A stretch of 64,000 nucleotides of DNA from Candidatus Moraniibacteriota bacterium. GTDB lineage: Bacteria; Patescibacteriota; Minisyncoccia; Moranbacterales; UBA1568. Where the stretch lies: the NCBI GenBank assembly GCA_028688415.1, contig JAQTYF010000001.1:80627-144626 (forward strand). Reading direction: 5' to 3'. Under the pieces are notes generated by a model. It saw nothing but the letters and a program-made list of their open reading frames with translations, was not told the DNA's origin and made no database searches. Positions 18,399 through 27,682 of the stretch are shown in pieces (the stretch's first letter is position 1; every line of letters starts with the position of its first letter). Made by a program: the position numbers and the translations under genes.

Positions 18399-19781
18399 AT
18401 GATAAGCCGTAAGGGCTTTACTCTTATTGAAGCACTTGTTTTGTTGTTTATTTTTTCTGTCGTATCGGTGACATTTTTTCAGACGTATGCTGTTGGAACA
18501 CGACTTATTCTCGATGCGAAGAATCGTCTCGGTGCGACGGCCCTCGCGAACCAAAAAATGGAAATTATCCGGAGTATTGATTATGATGCCATCGGGACAA
18601 AACATTGGAACGGAAGCGCATGGGTAACTGGTGTCCCAGCAGGAGATATCCTCGAAGATGAAGACGTAGCAGTGAGTACGACAATGTACCATGTTTATAC
18701 CGTTGTTCAGTATATCGATGATTCTTTTGATGGAGTATTTGGAGGCAGTCCGAATGATGCTATCCCGAATGATTATAAACGAGTGCGGCTGGAAGTGTCA
18801 TGGGGAGATGGTACTCCTGCGAGAACTGTTTCGCTTATTTCTACGCTCACACCAAACGGTATCGAGACTTCAGCTGGTGGTGGAGTGCTCGTGATCAATG
18901 TCTTGGACTCTGGTGGGGCAGGTATTTCGGGTGTACATACTCATATCGTCGGAAGCTCGACTGGTGTCGATACTACCACTGATACCGATGCAACAGGCAA
19001 CATCACTCTGCCTGCTACCCCAGCGAGTATCCCTCTCGGGGCTCAGGATTATGCTATCACTGTTTCCAAAGCGAATTATTATGGAACAACGACGTATGTG
19101 CCATATCCGACAACGACGTATGATCCTGTCGATGAACACATTTCAGTCGTAGCAGATACTCTCAATCCCATAACAATTGTTATGGATCAATCATCAGATA
19201 TTACGCTTCATACTGTCGATCCTTTTGGTACTGCTATACCTAATGTTGACTTCTCTCTCGTAGGAGGAAGGATACTTGGAAATAGTGTTCCGCCAGCCAC
19301 GATGGAATATGGATTTTCTCAAACGACGAGTACGGATGCATCAGGGAATAGAGTTTTTTCGAACGAAAGTTACGGACAATACACACTAACAGTCTCTCCT
19401 TCGGCACCATATGAATTGTACAAGATTGATCCTCCAGAGGCAGCTGCCGATATCCTTGTTGTTTCTCCTGGTGTTGACAAGGAAACGAATATTGTTCTTC
19501 TCGATACTTCGATCGCATCCGCAAAAATAAAAGTAGTGAATGATGCTGATAGTACTGTTCTTACTGGAGCTACCGTACGACTTTCGAACACGCTTCTTGC
19601 ATATGACGTGACGCTGACTACTGATTCGAATGGTTTCGTTTACTTTCCTTCTACATTACCAGCTCTTACCTCGGGAACGTACGATATTGCTGTATCTGTC
19701 GCTGGCTTTGCGGATAAAACAGATACTATTACGATAGAAAGTACTCTACAGAATAAAACGATAAGTCTGACAGCAAATTGA
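18399..19781 (+). CDS. Large type IV pilin-like protein (class III signal peptide) with repeated beta-sandwich (carboxypeptidase-regulatory-like) domains
   Basis: Prepilin motif 'RKG|FTLIEALVLLFIF' with Glu5. Two Thr/Val-rich segments resembling CarboxypepD_reg-like folds. 461 aa from the Met at 18399. Confidence 0.7.
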   Translation: MISRKGFTLIEALVLLFIFSVVSVTFFQTYAVGTRLILDAKNRLGATALANQKMEIIRSIDYDAIGTKHWNGSAWVTGVPAGDILEDEDVAVSTTMYHVYTVVQYIDDSFDGVFGGSPNDAIPNDYKRVRLEVSWGDGTPARTVSLISTLTPNGIETSAGGGVLVINVLDSGGAGISGVHTHIVGSSTGVDTTTDTDATGNITLPATPASIPLGAQDYAITVSKANYYGTTTYVPYPTTTYDPVDEHISVVADTLNPITIVMDQSSDITLHTVDPFGTAIPNVDFSLVGGRILGNSVPPATMEYGFSQTTSTDASGNRVFSNESYGQYTLTVSPSAPYELYKIDPPEAAADILVVSPGVDKETNIVLLDTSIASAKIKVVNDADSTVLTGATVRLSNTLLAYDVTLTTDSNGFVYFPSTLPALTSGTYDIAVSVAGFADKTDTITIESTLQNKTISLTAN

Positions 19782-19788
19782 TGCTTTT

Positions 19789-20415
19789 ATGACAAAAAAA
19801 AATCTCAAAGGGATGACTCTTGTGGAGCTTATGGTAGCGATCAGTATTATGCTGATTGCTATGGGAGGTTTTACGACGCTTTTTATTAAGAGTTGGGATA
19901 CGAATAAGTTTGTTCTCGAGGAAGGTATGGCATCCTCGAATGCTTCATATGCCTTGGGAAAAGTGATCAAACAGCTCCGTGGTGTGAAGCAAGCGGACAA
20001 TGGAGATTTTCCTGTTGAATCCGCTGATGATTTTGATCTGAAAGTCTATGTCGACATCGATCATGATGACGTGACAGAGCGTGTACACTATTTCCTCGAT
20101 CTCGATACACACGAGCTACAAAGAGGAGTGACCAATCCCACCGGATCAGCACCGGTCTCATATCCAGCATCCGATGACTCTGTCTCTGTGATTGCCGAGC
20201 ATATCACGAATACGAATGCCAATCCGCTTTTTCTCTATTACAACAAAAACTATCCTGGTGATACGACCAACAATCCAATCGCGACACCGGCCGATGTCTC
20301 TGCTATCCGATTGATTCAGGTGCATCTCTGGGTAGATGTCAATCCGGCTCATCCACCGAATAATATCAATATGGAATCATTTGTCGATCTGCGTAACCTG
20401 AAATATTATGAGTAG
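19789..20415 (+). CDS. Type IV pilin-like protein
   Basis: 'MTKKNLKG|MTLVELMVAISIMLIA': prepilin cleavage motif with Glu5. Confidence 0.7.
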   Translation: MTKKNLKGMTLVELMVAISIMLIAMGGFTTLFIKSWDTNKFVLEEGMASSNASYALGKVIKQLRGVKQADNGDFPVESADDFDLKVYVDIDHDDVTERVHYFLDLDTHELQRGVTNPTGSAPVSYPASDDSVSVIAEHITNTNANPLFLYYNKNYPGDTTNNPIATPADVSAIRLIQVHLWVDVNPAHPPNNINMESFVDLRNLKYYE

Positions 20416-20416
20416 T

Positions 20417-21958
20417 ATGAGTGCAAAACAAAAAGGTTCAGCATTGGTGTATGGTCTGGTCATTATGACAGCTGTGGCTATTATATTGACATCTCTTTTG
20501 ACATATATTACTTCACAAATAAAATACTCGTTGCGTATACATTCACGCGAACAATCGTTTCAGATAGCAGAGTCGGGCATTAGCTTTTATCGTTGGTATC
20601 TGGCACATCAGGCAGAAGGGAGAACCGCCCAACAGCTCGCTACCTTCTGGTCGAGTGGGAATCCATATGGTGTCGGAACTCCATATGTCGGGGTGTATTA
20701 TGATCCTTTCGGAACGGCGATAGGGGAATACTCTCTCACAGTGATTCCTCCGGCAGTAGGATCGACAATTGTCAGAGTGACATCGATTGGTGCAACGTAC
20801 AAATATCCGACTGATACTCGGACACTTACCGTACGTTTTCGTCGTCCTTCGTGGAGCGAGAGTGCGGTACTCGCCAATGATTTTATGCGTTTTGGAAATG
20901 GTACAGAAGTATTTGGCAAGATTATGTCCAATAAGGGCATTCGTTTTGATGGTTTGTCACATAATATTGTTTCCAGTGCTGTTTCTACATTCGATGATCC
21001 TGATCACACTGGTGCCAGTGAGTTTGGTGTTCATACACACAAAAATGTCCCTCCGACTACAGGGGTAAATGATACATTTCGTTCTGCGGAAGCACCGAAC
21101 TCTGCTGTTGCGCTACGATCCGATGTGTTCGAAGCCGGTCGATCTTTTCCTGTAGCGACGGTGGATTTCAATGGCGTGATCGGGGATATGAGTTTAATGA
21201 AATCAGAAGCGCAAGCAGGGAATGGAGAATATTTCAATACAACTGGTTTTGGACGAGAAATCGTACTCAAAACAAATGGTACTTTTGATATCTGTACGGT
21301 GAATACCTATGATGCCACCACTTATCAGCCGTCTAATTATGTCGGTGCTGTTTCGGGTGCGAGCGGTTCCTATGCCGGAACCAATGGAAATAGTTGTGTT
21401 GCAACAACTTGCTGTGTAGGAGTTGCCTGTCCATTGATTCAAAATAGTAAACCTACAAGAGGAAGATGTGCGAGTCAATCGAATCATACTATTGTGGATA
21501 ATGGAGTGATATTTGTTGAGAACAACGTGTGGGTGTCGGGTCAGATAGATACCAAGAAGATCACGATAGCTGCTGCGAATCTTGTCGGAGGCACTATTCC
21601 TTCGCTCTATGTGATGCACAATCTCTTGTATACCAATTATACAGGGACGGATATTATTGGTCTTATCGGACAGAAAAATGTCGATATTCCACGGAACAGC
21701 GATACGACACTTCGAATCGATGCTGCGCTCCTCGCTCAACAAGGGAGAGTGGGACGTGCGTGGTATAGCGGTCTGACAAAAAATACTATTACTATCTACG
21801 GAGCCATCGCTACGAGTCTTCGATACGGTTTTGCTTACACTGATGGCACCGGATATATAAATCGTAATTTGTATTATGATAATAATCTATTGTATTATCC
21901 ACCGCCATATTTCCCTACAGGGACACAATATCAGATGGATTTGTGGGAAGAAGATTAG
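20417..21958 (+). CDS. Large minor-pilin-like protein (non-canonical N-terminus, no Glu5)
   Basis: 'MSAKQKG|SALVYGLVIMTAVAIILTSLL': hydrophobic pilin-like N-terminus but with Tyr at +5. Sits in the pilin operon. An alternative start at 20408 overlaps the upstream stop. Confidence 0.5.
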   Translation: MSAKQKGSALVYGLVIMTAVAIILTSLLTYITSQIKYSLRIHSREQSFQIAESGISFYRWYLAHQAEGRTAQQLATFWSSGNPYGVGTPYVGVYYDPFGTAIGEYSLTVIPPAVGSTIVRVTSIGATYKYPTDTRTLTVRFRRPSWSESAVLANDFMRFGNGTEVFGKIMSNKGIRFDGLSHNIVSSAVSTFDDPDHTGASEFGVHTHKNVPPTTGVNDTFRSAEAPNSAVALRSDVFEAGRSFPVATVDFNGVIGDMSLMKSEAQAGNGEYFNTTGFGREIVLKTNGTFDICTVNTYDATTYQPSNYVGAVSGASGSYAGTNGNSCVATTCCVGVACPLIQNSKPTRGRCASQSNHTIVDNGVIFVENNVWVSGQIDTKKITIAAANLVGGTIPSLYVMHNLLYTNYTGTDIIGLIGQKNVDIPRNSDTTLRIDAALLAQQGRVGRAWYSGLTKNTITIYGAIATSLRYGFAYTDGTGYINRNLYYDNNLLYYPPPYFPTGTQYQMDLWEED

Positions 21959-22038
21959 TCAGAGAACAAAGAGAAAAACACAAAGAAACAAAACAGAAAA
22001 AATATGTTATACTACAAAAGAAATAAACATACAGACCA

Positions 22039-23133
22039 ATGAGTATTTTACAGAAGAATTTTTTCAATGTTTTCCCGAATGCTTTCGGACTTGATTTGAG
22101 TGATCTCTCTATCAAAGCTGTGTGGCTGGAACGTATGGGAAAACTCGACTCTATTTCGAGTTTTGGTTCCGTGCCATTACCTCTAGGCAGTGTTGTTGAT
22201 GGGGAGATTGTCAATCCTGATGCAGTTCAATCTGCAATTATAGATTTGCTTGACAAAACTGGACCTGGACGAATCACAACCCGAAAAGTAATATGTTCTC
22301 TCCCTGAAACCAAGGCTTTTTTACGTATCATATCTATCCCCATGATGGCTTCCAAGGAGGTAAAAGAGGCTATTAAATGGGAGATTGAAGCCAATATTCC
22401 GTTGACACTTGATCAGGTATACTATGATTGGCAGATTCTCGATGAGAATTTTATTCAAGAAAAAGGGAAAATGAGCGTGTTAGTTGTAGCTGTGGCACGC
22501 AGTGTTGTTGATCAGTTTCAGTCCGTTCTCACTTCTGCTGGACTCGAAGTTGTCGGACTCGAAACAGAATCTATTGCTCAGGCACGAAGTCTCTTGGCGG
22601 AGAAAAATGAGAAACAAACAACACTTATTGTTGACATCGGTGATCGACGTTCGAGCTTCTTGATTGCTATCGGAAGTACGACGTGTTTCACTTCGAGTGT
22701 CCCTCTCTCTTCTCAGATGATCACTGATGCTATTTCCAAATCACTTCAGATTCCTTTTGGAGAAGCAGAAGAGATCAAAATCAAGCAAGGCTTAGGATCA
22801 CTTGCTTTACAGAGTCCAGTGCTCAAAGCTGCTTTACCAGTACTCGAAAGCATTGCGACAGAAATAGAACGATCAATTGATTTCTACCTGAGTAATCTCC
22901 ATTATTCTGAAAATATCGATTCGATTGTGCTCTGCGGAGGAGGAGCTAACATGCAAGGACTTGTACCATTTCTGTCTCGACGGTTGGGACGATTGGTCGA
23001 ATTTGGAGATCCTTGGGTCAACGTCAATCTCGGTAAGAAAATACCTCTTATTGATCACAATCGTTCCGTACAGTATTCAACCGCTATCGGCCTCGCACTC
23101 CGAGGTCTCGACGAATATGAAAACTTTGCTTAA
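22039..23133 (+). CDS. pilM: Type IV pilus assembly protein PilM (actin-like ATPase fold)
   Basis: 'FGLDLSDLSIKAVWL' N-terminus and overall actin/FtsA-like layout. Followed by pilN and pilO with overlapping start/stop. Confidence 0.85.
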   Translation: MSILQKNFFNVFPNAFGLDLSDLSIKAVWLERMGKLDSISSFGSVPLPLGSVVDGEIVNPDAVQSAIIDLLDKTGPGRITTRKVICSLPETKAFLRIISIPMMASKEVKEAIKWEIEANIPLTLDQVYYDWQILDENFIQEKGKMSVLVVAVARSVVDQFQSVLTSAGLEVVGLETESIAQARSLLAEKNEKQTTLIVDIGDRRSSFLIAIGSTTCFTSSVPLSSQMITDAISKSLQIPFGEAEEIKIKQGLGSLALQSPVLKAALPVLESIATEIERSIDFYLSNLHYSENIDSIVLCGGGANMQGLVPFLSRRLGRLVEFGDPWVNVNLGKKIPLIDHNRSVQYSTAIGLALRGLDEYENFA

Positions 23134-23677
23134 CCTCTTACCAGAGGAAAATAAAAAAGATATCGAACGTAAAACACGCTTCCATTTTTTTCTGTGGCAG
23201 TTGTTTCTTATTTTTATGTTGGAAGTGTTATATGTCAGTATACTGGTTAGTTCCTATATCATTCTCGATTTTCAATTAAAAAATTTGACGATGTCCAAGA
23301 AGATAGAGAATGTAGAAAATGCGAAACAATCGACACTTGATACGTATCAGAAAAAATTCAAAGAAACAAACACGACAGTAGGTATAATAAAAAAAATAAG
23401 TGACAATCATTTTTCTTTTTCTCAGATTTTTCCATTACTAGACAGCTTGATTCCAGAGGGTATCGTTATCGATCAAATATCAACAAAAAACTACACGGTA
23501 TCCCTTAAAGGAAAAGCGAACACAAGAGAGCATTTCTTGATGCTTGATGCGAAACTCAAAGAATCAGCGTGTACAGAAAATGTCAATATTCCTCTTTCGA
23601 GTCTTTTTTCTCAGGAAAATATTGAATTTCAGATTGATTTTGAAATAAAGAAAGAATGTTTGAAAAAAACTCTATGA
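23117..23677 (+). CDS. pilN: PilN-like protein
   Basis: 'MKTLLNLLPEENKKDIERK' followed by a single TM. Start at 23117 overlaps the pilM stop by 17 nt. Typical pilMNO gene order. Confidence 0.65.
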   Translation: MKTLLNLLPEENKKDIERKTRFHFFLWQLFLIFMLEVLYVSILVSSYIILDFQLKNLTMSKKIENVENAKQSTLDTYQKKFKETNTTVGIIKKISDNHFSFSQIFPLLDSLIPEGIVIDQISTKNYTVSLKGKANTREHFLMLDAKLKESACTENVNIPLSSLFSQENIEFQIDFEIKKECLKKTL

Positions 23678-24426
23678 CAAGTCACTCATTTTCATTAAAA
23701 AAGTCTACACCATCGATTCTTCTGATCACACTTTTAGTGGCCGTAGGAGGTATGGTTTGGTTTGGTATTTTTCCTTTGAAGACATCGCTTCTTAATAAAG
23801 CACGAATGACCCAAGAATTTTATGCCGATGAAGAAAATCAATTGAAACAAATCGGTCGTTTACCAGAATTGCAGAATCAGTATACTACCATAGAAAATGA
23901 TGCATCTAAACTTGATATTTTGCTTTATGAAGGACAAGTGATCGATTTTATCAAAACGCTCGAAACGCTTGCTTCTGAGGCAAATGTGAAATTGATTATT
24001 GCTTCCAAGGATACAGGGAAAATCGTCGAGCCCAAAGCAACAACTAAAAAGCCTCCTGTCACAGCAGAAAAAGAAACAAAAACTGATACATCGAGTACGA
24101 CAAAAGCAAAAACAGTCGATATTCTCGAAGATATTCCCTTTGATAGATATCTGCGGTTGAGCATCAGTGCCACTGGACAATACGCCAATATCATCAATTT
24201 TCTCCATAAGATAGAGACATTGCCTGTTGGATTGGACGTGATCGGTATAGAAATAAAGAGAGCTGAGACAGAGAAGAAAGAAAAGCCTGTATTAGGAGCA
24301 GGTGTTCTTTTCTCGAGTGTTCCTTTGAATGGCAATCCACCTACTCAACCAGTAGCAGGAGAAGAAATTATAGAAAAAAATATTCTCGAGGGAGTATTTG
24401 ATCTTGTGGTGTATGTGAATAAATAA
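23674..24426 (+). CDS. pilO: PilO-like protein
   Basis: Single N-terminal TM (ILLITLLVAVGGMVWFGIF) then a coiled-coil. ATGA overlap with the pilN stop at 23674. Confidence 0.55.
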   Translation: MTSHSFSLKKSTPSILLITLLVAVGGMVWFGIFPLKTSLLNKARMTQEFYADEENQLKQIGRLPELQNQYTTIENDASKLDILLYEGQVIDFIKTLETLASEANVKLIIASKDTGKIVEPKATTKKPPVTAEKETKTDTSSTTKAKTVDILEDIPFDRYLRLSISATGQYANIINFLHKIETLPVGLDVIGIEIKRAETEKKEKPVLGAGVLFSSVPLNGNPPTQPVAGEEIIEKNILEGVFDLVVYVNK

Positions 24427-24436
24427 AAAGTATCGT

Positions 24437-24763
24437 ATGAATATTCCTTTTGGCGCTTCATTTAAAAAAATCAAAGAACAATCATCCTCCTGGCATATGA
24501 TTTTTTTCTGGTATCGTCATTATAAAGTGTTTTTCTTTCTTGGATTCCTTGTTGTGTGCGCATTGGGTGGATGGGATTATTACTACAGTGTTTTTCGGTT
24601 TCGCTTTACTGATGAAGAAAAGAAGCTCTATGTCGATTCATATTTCAAAGAAACGCTTTTTGATGAAGAGAAATTTCACAAAACAATTAATGGTCTCACA
24701 AATCGTGCTGAGCATCACAAAGAACCTCTTCATCTTGAAAAAAATATCTTTGAGGTGAAATAG
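24437..24763 (+). CDS. Small membrane protein (possible PilP-like accessory), hypothetical
   Basis: 108 aa with one TM (FFFLGFLVVCALGGW). Lies directly after pilO. Confidence 0.35.
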   Translation: MNIPFGASFKKIKEQSSSWHMIFFWYRHYKVFFFLGFLVVCALGGWDYYYSVFRFRFTDEEKKLYVDSYFKETLFDEEKFHKTINGLTNRAEHHKEPLHLEKNIFEVK

Positions 24764-24880
24764 TTTATTTGAAGTGATGTGTCTTGTGTGAACGGAATTG
24801 ACCCCGTATGTTTTTTGTCGTATACTGTTTGCTTACAGAGAAGAACGAATGAAGAACAAGTTACTTGAATTTTATAGAAT

Positions 24881-25930
24881 ATGCTTCTTTCCCGTAAACA
24901 ACAATTTGAAGCCTTATTTCCAGAAGCCCCCGCTTTCCGATGGCGTCAGATAGAAGAGGCTTTTTTTGATATTTCTCTCAAATCTGTGACAGAAATCTCC
25001 AATATTCCTCTTACTATGCGTGAAATTCTTGTAAAAGAATTACCCTGGCTTACTGTCAAAGAAGTACGAGTATTTGAAAGTGTCAAAAAAGACACATTCA
25101 AGGCAGTGGTAGAGATAGAAGGAGGCCATCGGGTAGAAACTGTGCTTATGAAAAATGCACGAGGACAATGGACGGTGTGTGTCTCATCGCAGGTAGGGTG
25201 TGCGATGGCGTGTACGTTTTGTGCGACGGGAACGATGGGTTTCACTCGTAATCTCATATCCGATGAAATTGTCGATCAGATACGTTTCTGGAATATTTTT
25301 CTTGCTTCGCGTCCAAATCTCGCCCCTCGTATCAGCAACGTAGTCTTTATGGGAATGGGAGAACCACTCGCTAACTACGATAATGTGAAAGAAGCGATTC
25401 GACAATTGCTTACTTATACTGATCTTGGACCGACACACATTACGGTATCGACTGTCGGACTGTTACCGATGCTTCGCAAGATTCTTACAGATGAGAAGTG
25501 GCCACCTGTCCGTCTCGCTGTCTCGCTTCATAGTGCTGTGACTGAAACACGGAAGAAAATGATGCCCAGCTCGTTTGAAACTTTTTTAGATGAACTCATT
25601 GTGTGGACTCATGAATATTTTGCAAAGAATGAGACGAGACGTCGTCATCTCACGTTTGAATATGTGATGTTGTCAAAGATCAATGATACCGAAGAACACG
25701 CTACCTCTCTTATTCGTTTTGCGAAACAGATGGAAAATGTGAAAATAAATCTCATTCCTTACAACTTTACCGGAAGCGTGTACAGAGATAGTCTTCCTGG
25801 AGACTTTGATCGCTTTCAAAAACAACTCGAAGATGCAGGTGTCACGGTTACTCGTCGCAAAACAATGGGAGATGATATCGCTGCCGCTTGTGGACAACTC
25901 ATTGTAGAAGGTAATACAACCACGAAATAG
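24881..25930 (+). CDS. rlmN: 23S rRNA m2A2503 / tRNA m2A37 radical SAM methyltransferase RlmN
   Basis: 'GHRVETVLM...TVCVSSQVGCAMACTFCATGTMGFTRNL' aligns with the RlmN core. Also 'MGMGEPLANY'. Confidence 0.9.
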   Translation: MLLSRKQQFEALFPEAPAFRWRQIEEAFFDISLKSVTEISNIPLTMREILVKELPWLTVKEVRVFESVKKDTFKAVVEIEGGHRVETVLMKNARGQWTVCVSSQVGCAMACTFCATGTMGFTRNLISDEIVDQIRFWNIFLASRPNLAPRISNVVFMGMGEPLANYDNVKEAIRQLLTYTDLGPTHITVSTVGLLPMLRKILTDEKWPPVRLAVSLHSAVTETRKKMMPSSFETFLDELIVWTHEYFAKNETRRRHLTFEYVMLSKINDTEEHATSLIRFAKQMENVKINLIPYNFTGSVYRDSLPGDFDRFQKQLEDAGVTVTRRKTMGDDIAAACGQLIVEGNTTTK

Positions 25931-25934
25931 ATGT

Positions 25935-27080
25935 ATGACAAAAAAATTTTTCCTCAAAACTTTCGGGTGTCAGCAAAATGTCGCTGATTCAGAACGGATC
26001 GAGAGTTTCTATCTCTCTCGTGGTTTTTCTCGTGCTGAAACAATAGAAGAAGCTGATGTGCTTCTTCTCAATACGTGCGTCATTCGTGATAAAGCGGAAG
26101 AGAAGGTGTACGGTATGATCAAAAGTCTCCGTACACGTCTCGGTAATAAATCACCGCATATCGTCGTGACAGGATGTCTCATCGGAGCGGCGAGTCGTGT
26201 CCCTGGTGGTAAAATGATGAAACGTCTGACGACACGTCTCCCTGATGTTGAATTTCTTCCTCTTGAAGAAGTCGGTTTTGAATATACGCCGACCCGAGCT
26301 TCTGGCAAGACAGCATCTATCGTCATTTCCAATGGGTGTAATAATTACTGTGCTTTTTGTATTGTACCGTTTTCTCGTGGCAAAGAACGATCACGAGCCT
26401 TCGCTGATATTCTTTCTGAAGCCAAACAGGTGATAGCAGATGGATATGAGGAAATAGTACTCCTTGGTCAGAATGTGAATTCGTACGGGGCTGATTTTTT
26501 GCAAGAAAAAATACAAGAAGAGGAAGAATATATTTTGCCAGATGGTAAGAAAGTGAAGCCAGTGATGGTAAAACATCTGAACCGACACCGTATTCCGACA
26601 TTGTTTCCATACCTTCTTGAAAGTGTTGCACAAATACCCAAAGTGAAAAAAGTCACTTTTATTTCTTCGAACCCATGGGACTTTTCCGATGAATTGATCA
26701 ATGTGATGGCACGATACGAAAATATCAATCGAGAGCTTCATCTCCCTGTGCAATCAGGAAATGATGAAATATTGAAAAAGATGAATCGTTGGTATACGCG
26801 TGAAGAATATCTCAGTCTCATTGACCGTATTCGTCAGGCAATACCCAAGATGACATTCACGACTGATATCATCGTCGGATTCCCTGGTGAGACGAGAGAA
26901 CAATTCGAAGACAGTATTGATATCGTAAAGCGTGTCGGTTTTGTCAAGACATTCATCGCGTGGTATTCACCACGTCCGGGAACATCAGCTACCAAAGGAA
27001 TGGAAGATGATGTTCGTATCGAAGAAAAACAGCGTCGTTTTCACGAACTTGATGCTATCGCGTTCAAAGGAAAGAAGTAG
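25935..27080 (+). CDS. MiaB/RimO-family radical SAM methylthiotransferase, short form apparently lacking C-terminal TRAM domain
   Basis: MTTase N-domain 'FFLKTFGCQQNVADSE...LNTCVIRDKAEEKV' and radical SAM 'GCNNYCAFCIVPFSRG'. 381 aa, ends right after the radical SAM core. Confidence 0.85.
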   Translation: MTKKFFLKTFGCQQNVADSERIESFYLSRGFSRAETIEEADVLLLNTCVIRDKAEEKVYGMIKSLRTRLGNKSPHIVVTGCLIGAASRVPGGKMMKRLTTRLPDVEFLPLEEVGFEYTPTRASGKTASIVISNGCNNYCAFCIVPFSRGKERSRAFADILSEAKQVIADGYEEIVLLGQNVNSYGADFLQEKIQEEEEYILPDGKKVKPVMVKHLNRHRIPTLFPYLLESVAQIPKVKKVTFISSNPWDFSDELINVMARYENINRELHLPVQSGNDEILKKMNRWYTREEYLSLIDRIRQAIPKMTFTTDIIVGFPGETREQFEDSIDIVKRVGFVKTFIAWYSPRPGTSATKGMEDDVRIEEKQRRFHELDAIAFKGKK

Positions 27081-27109
27081 TAAGAATTTTTATCTCTAGG
27101 GCGGTATTG

Positions 27110-27316
27110 TTTTTCAAAAGTATTTTTCTTCTTCCGTACCCCGCTTCGAACGATTCATGTCTTAGCGAAGAGAAAGTCGTCTCATTCTCGCTCTCAAAGA
27201 GCGAGTTCAGATAAAAACTGAACCATGAGACGATTTTCCTTGCTCCGCTTTCACCTCGAATCGTTATCGAATACAGGCTAAAGGAAGAGAAAAATACTTT
27301 TGAAAAATAATACCAT
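27110..27316 (+). repeat. Roughly 200-nt near-perfect nested palindrome (candidate MITE-like element or structured RNA)
   Basis: Outer arms 'ggtattgtttttcaaaagtatttttcttcttcc' and 'ggaagagaaaaatacttttgaaaaataatacc'. Nested pairs 'cgaacgattc'/'gaatcgtt', 'gtcgtctcat'/'atgagacgat'. Central hairpins 'gctctcaaagagcgag' and 'ttcagataaaaactgaa'. Confidence 0.55.
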
Positions 27317-27380
27317 CTGTAGACAGGGAGCGATATCAAAACAATATTTGCACCATCAAAAGATATGAGGAAATTTTCTG

Positions 27381-27512
27381 TCGCAAGAATCTTTCTGGGA
27401 AGCCTGAAGTTTTTTTGAGCATGGTTCCGACGTTTCGTCGGATCAAAAAAAGTTCACGCAAAGAGTTTTTCCGCTGGGAAAAATAAATGGTTCCAAAGAA
27501 AGGTTGCTTGCG
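27381..27512 (+). repeat. Intergenic structured repeat element, copy B
   Basis: Alignable to copy A over its whole length. Internal hairpin here is 'ccgacgtttcgtcgg' versus 'ccgtcgtcttcgacgg' in copy A, which is a compensatory change preserving pairing. Confidence 0.5.
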
Positions 27513-27682
27513 ATAGAAAATTCACAAACTCTATAGCAACAGAAGAAGTTTACCGATTTTTTCTATTGAAAGCCACAGAAGAAAAATATTTTTGGAGAAC
27601 AATGTTGTTCATTGATTTTTGAAAATTGATTGAAGATTATTGTTTGGATGTGCTAATATAGGGAAGTATTCTATCTATTATT

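Noticed and set aside
22925-23116. Long N-terminal extension of the pilN ORF (start at 22925) overlapping pilM.
   Set aside because: The extension overlaps the 3' end of pilM in another frame. The conserved PilN N-terminus 'MKTLLNLLPEE' begins at 23117, so the internal start was adopted.
27064-27339. 91-aa - strand ORF spanning the large palindrome.
   Set aside because: The sequence is fully accounted for by the nested inverted repeat. A palindrome generates symmetric pseudo-ORFs.
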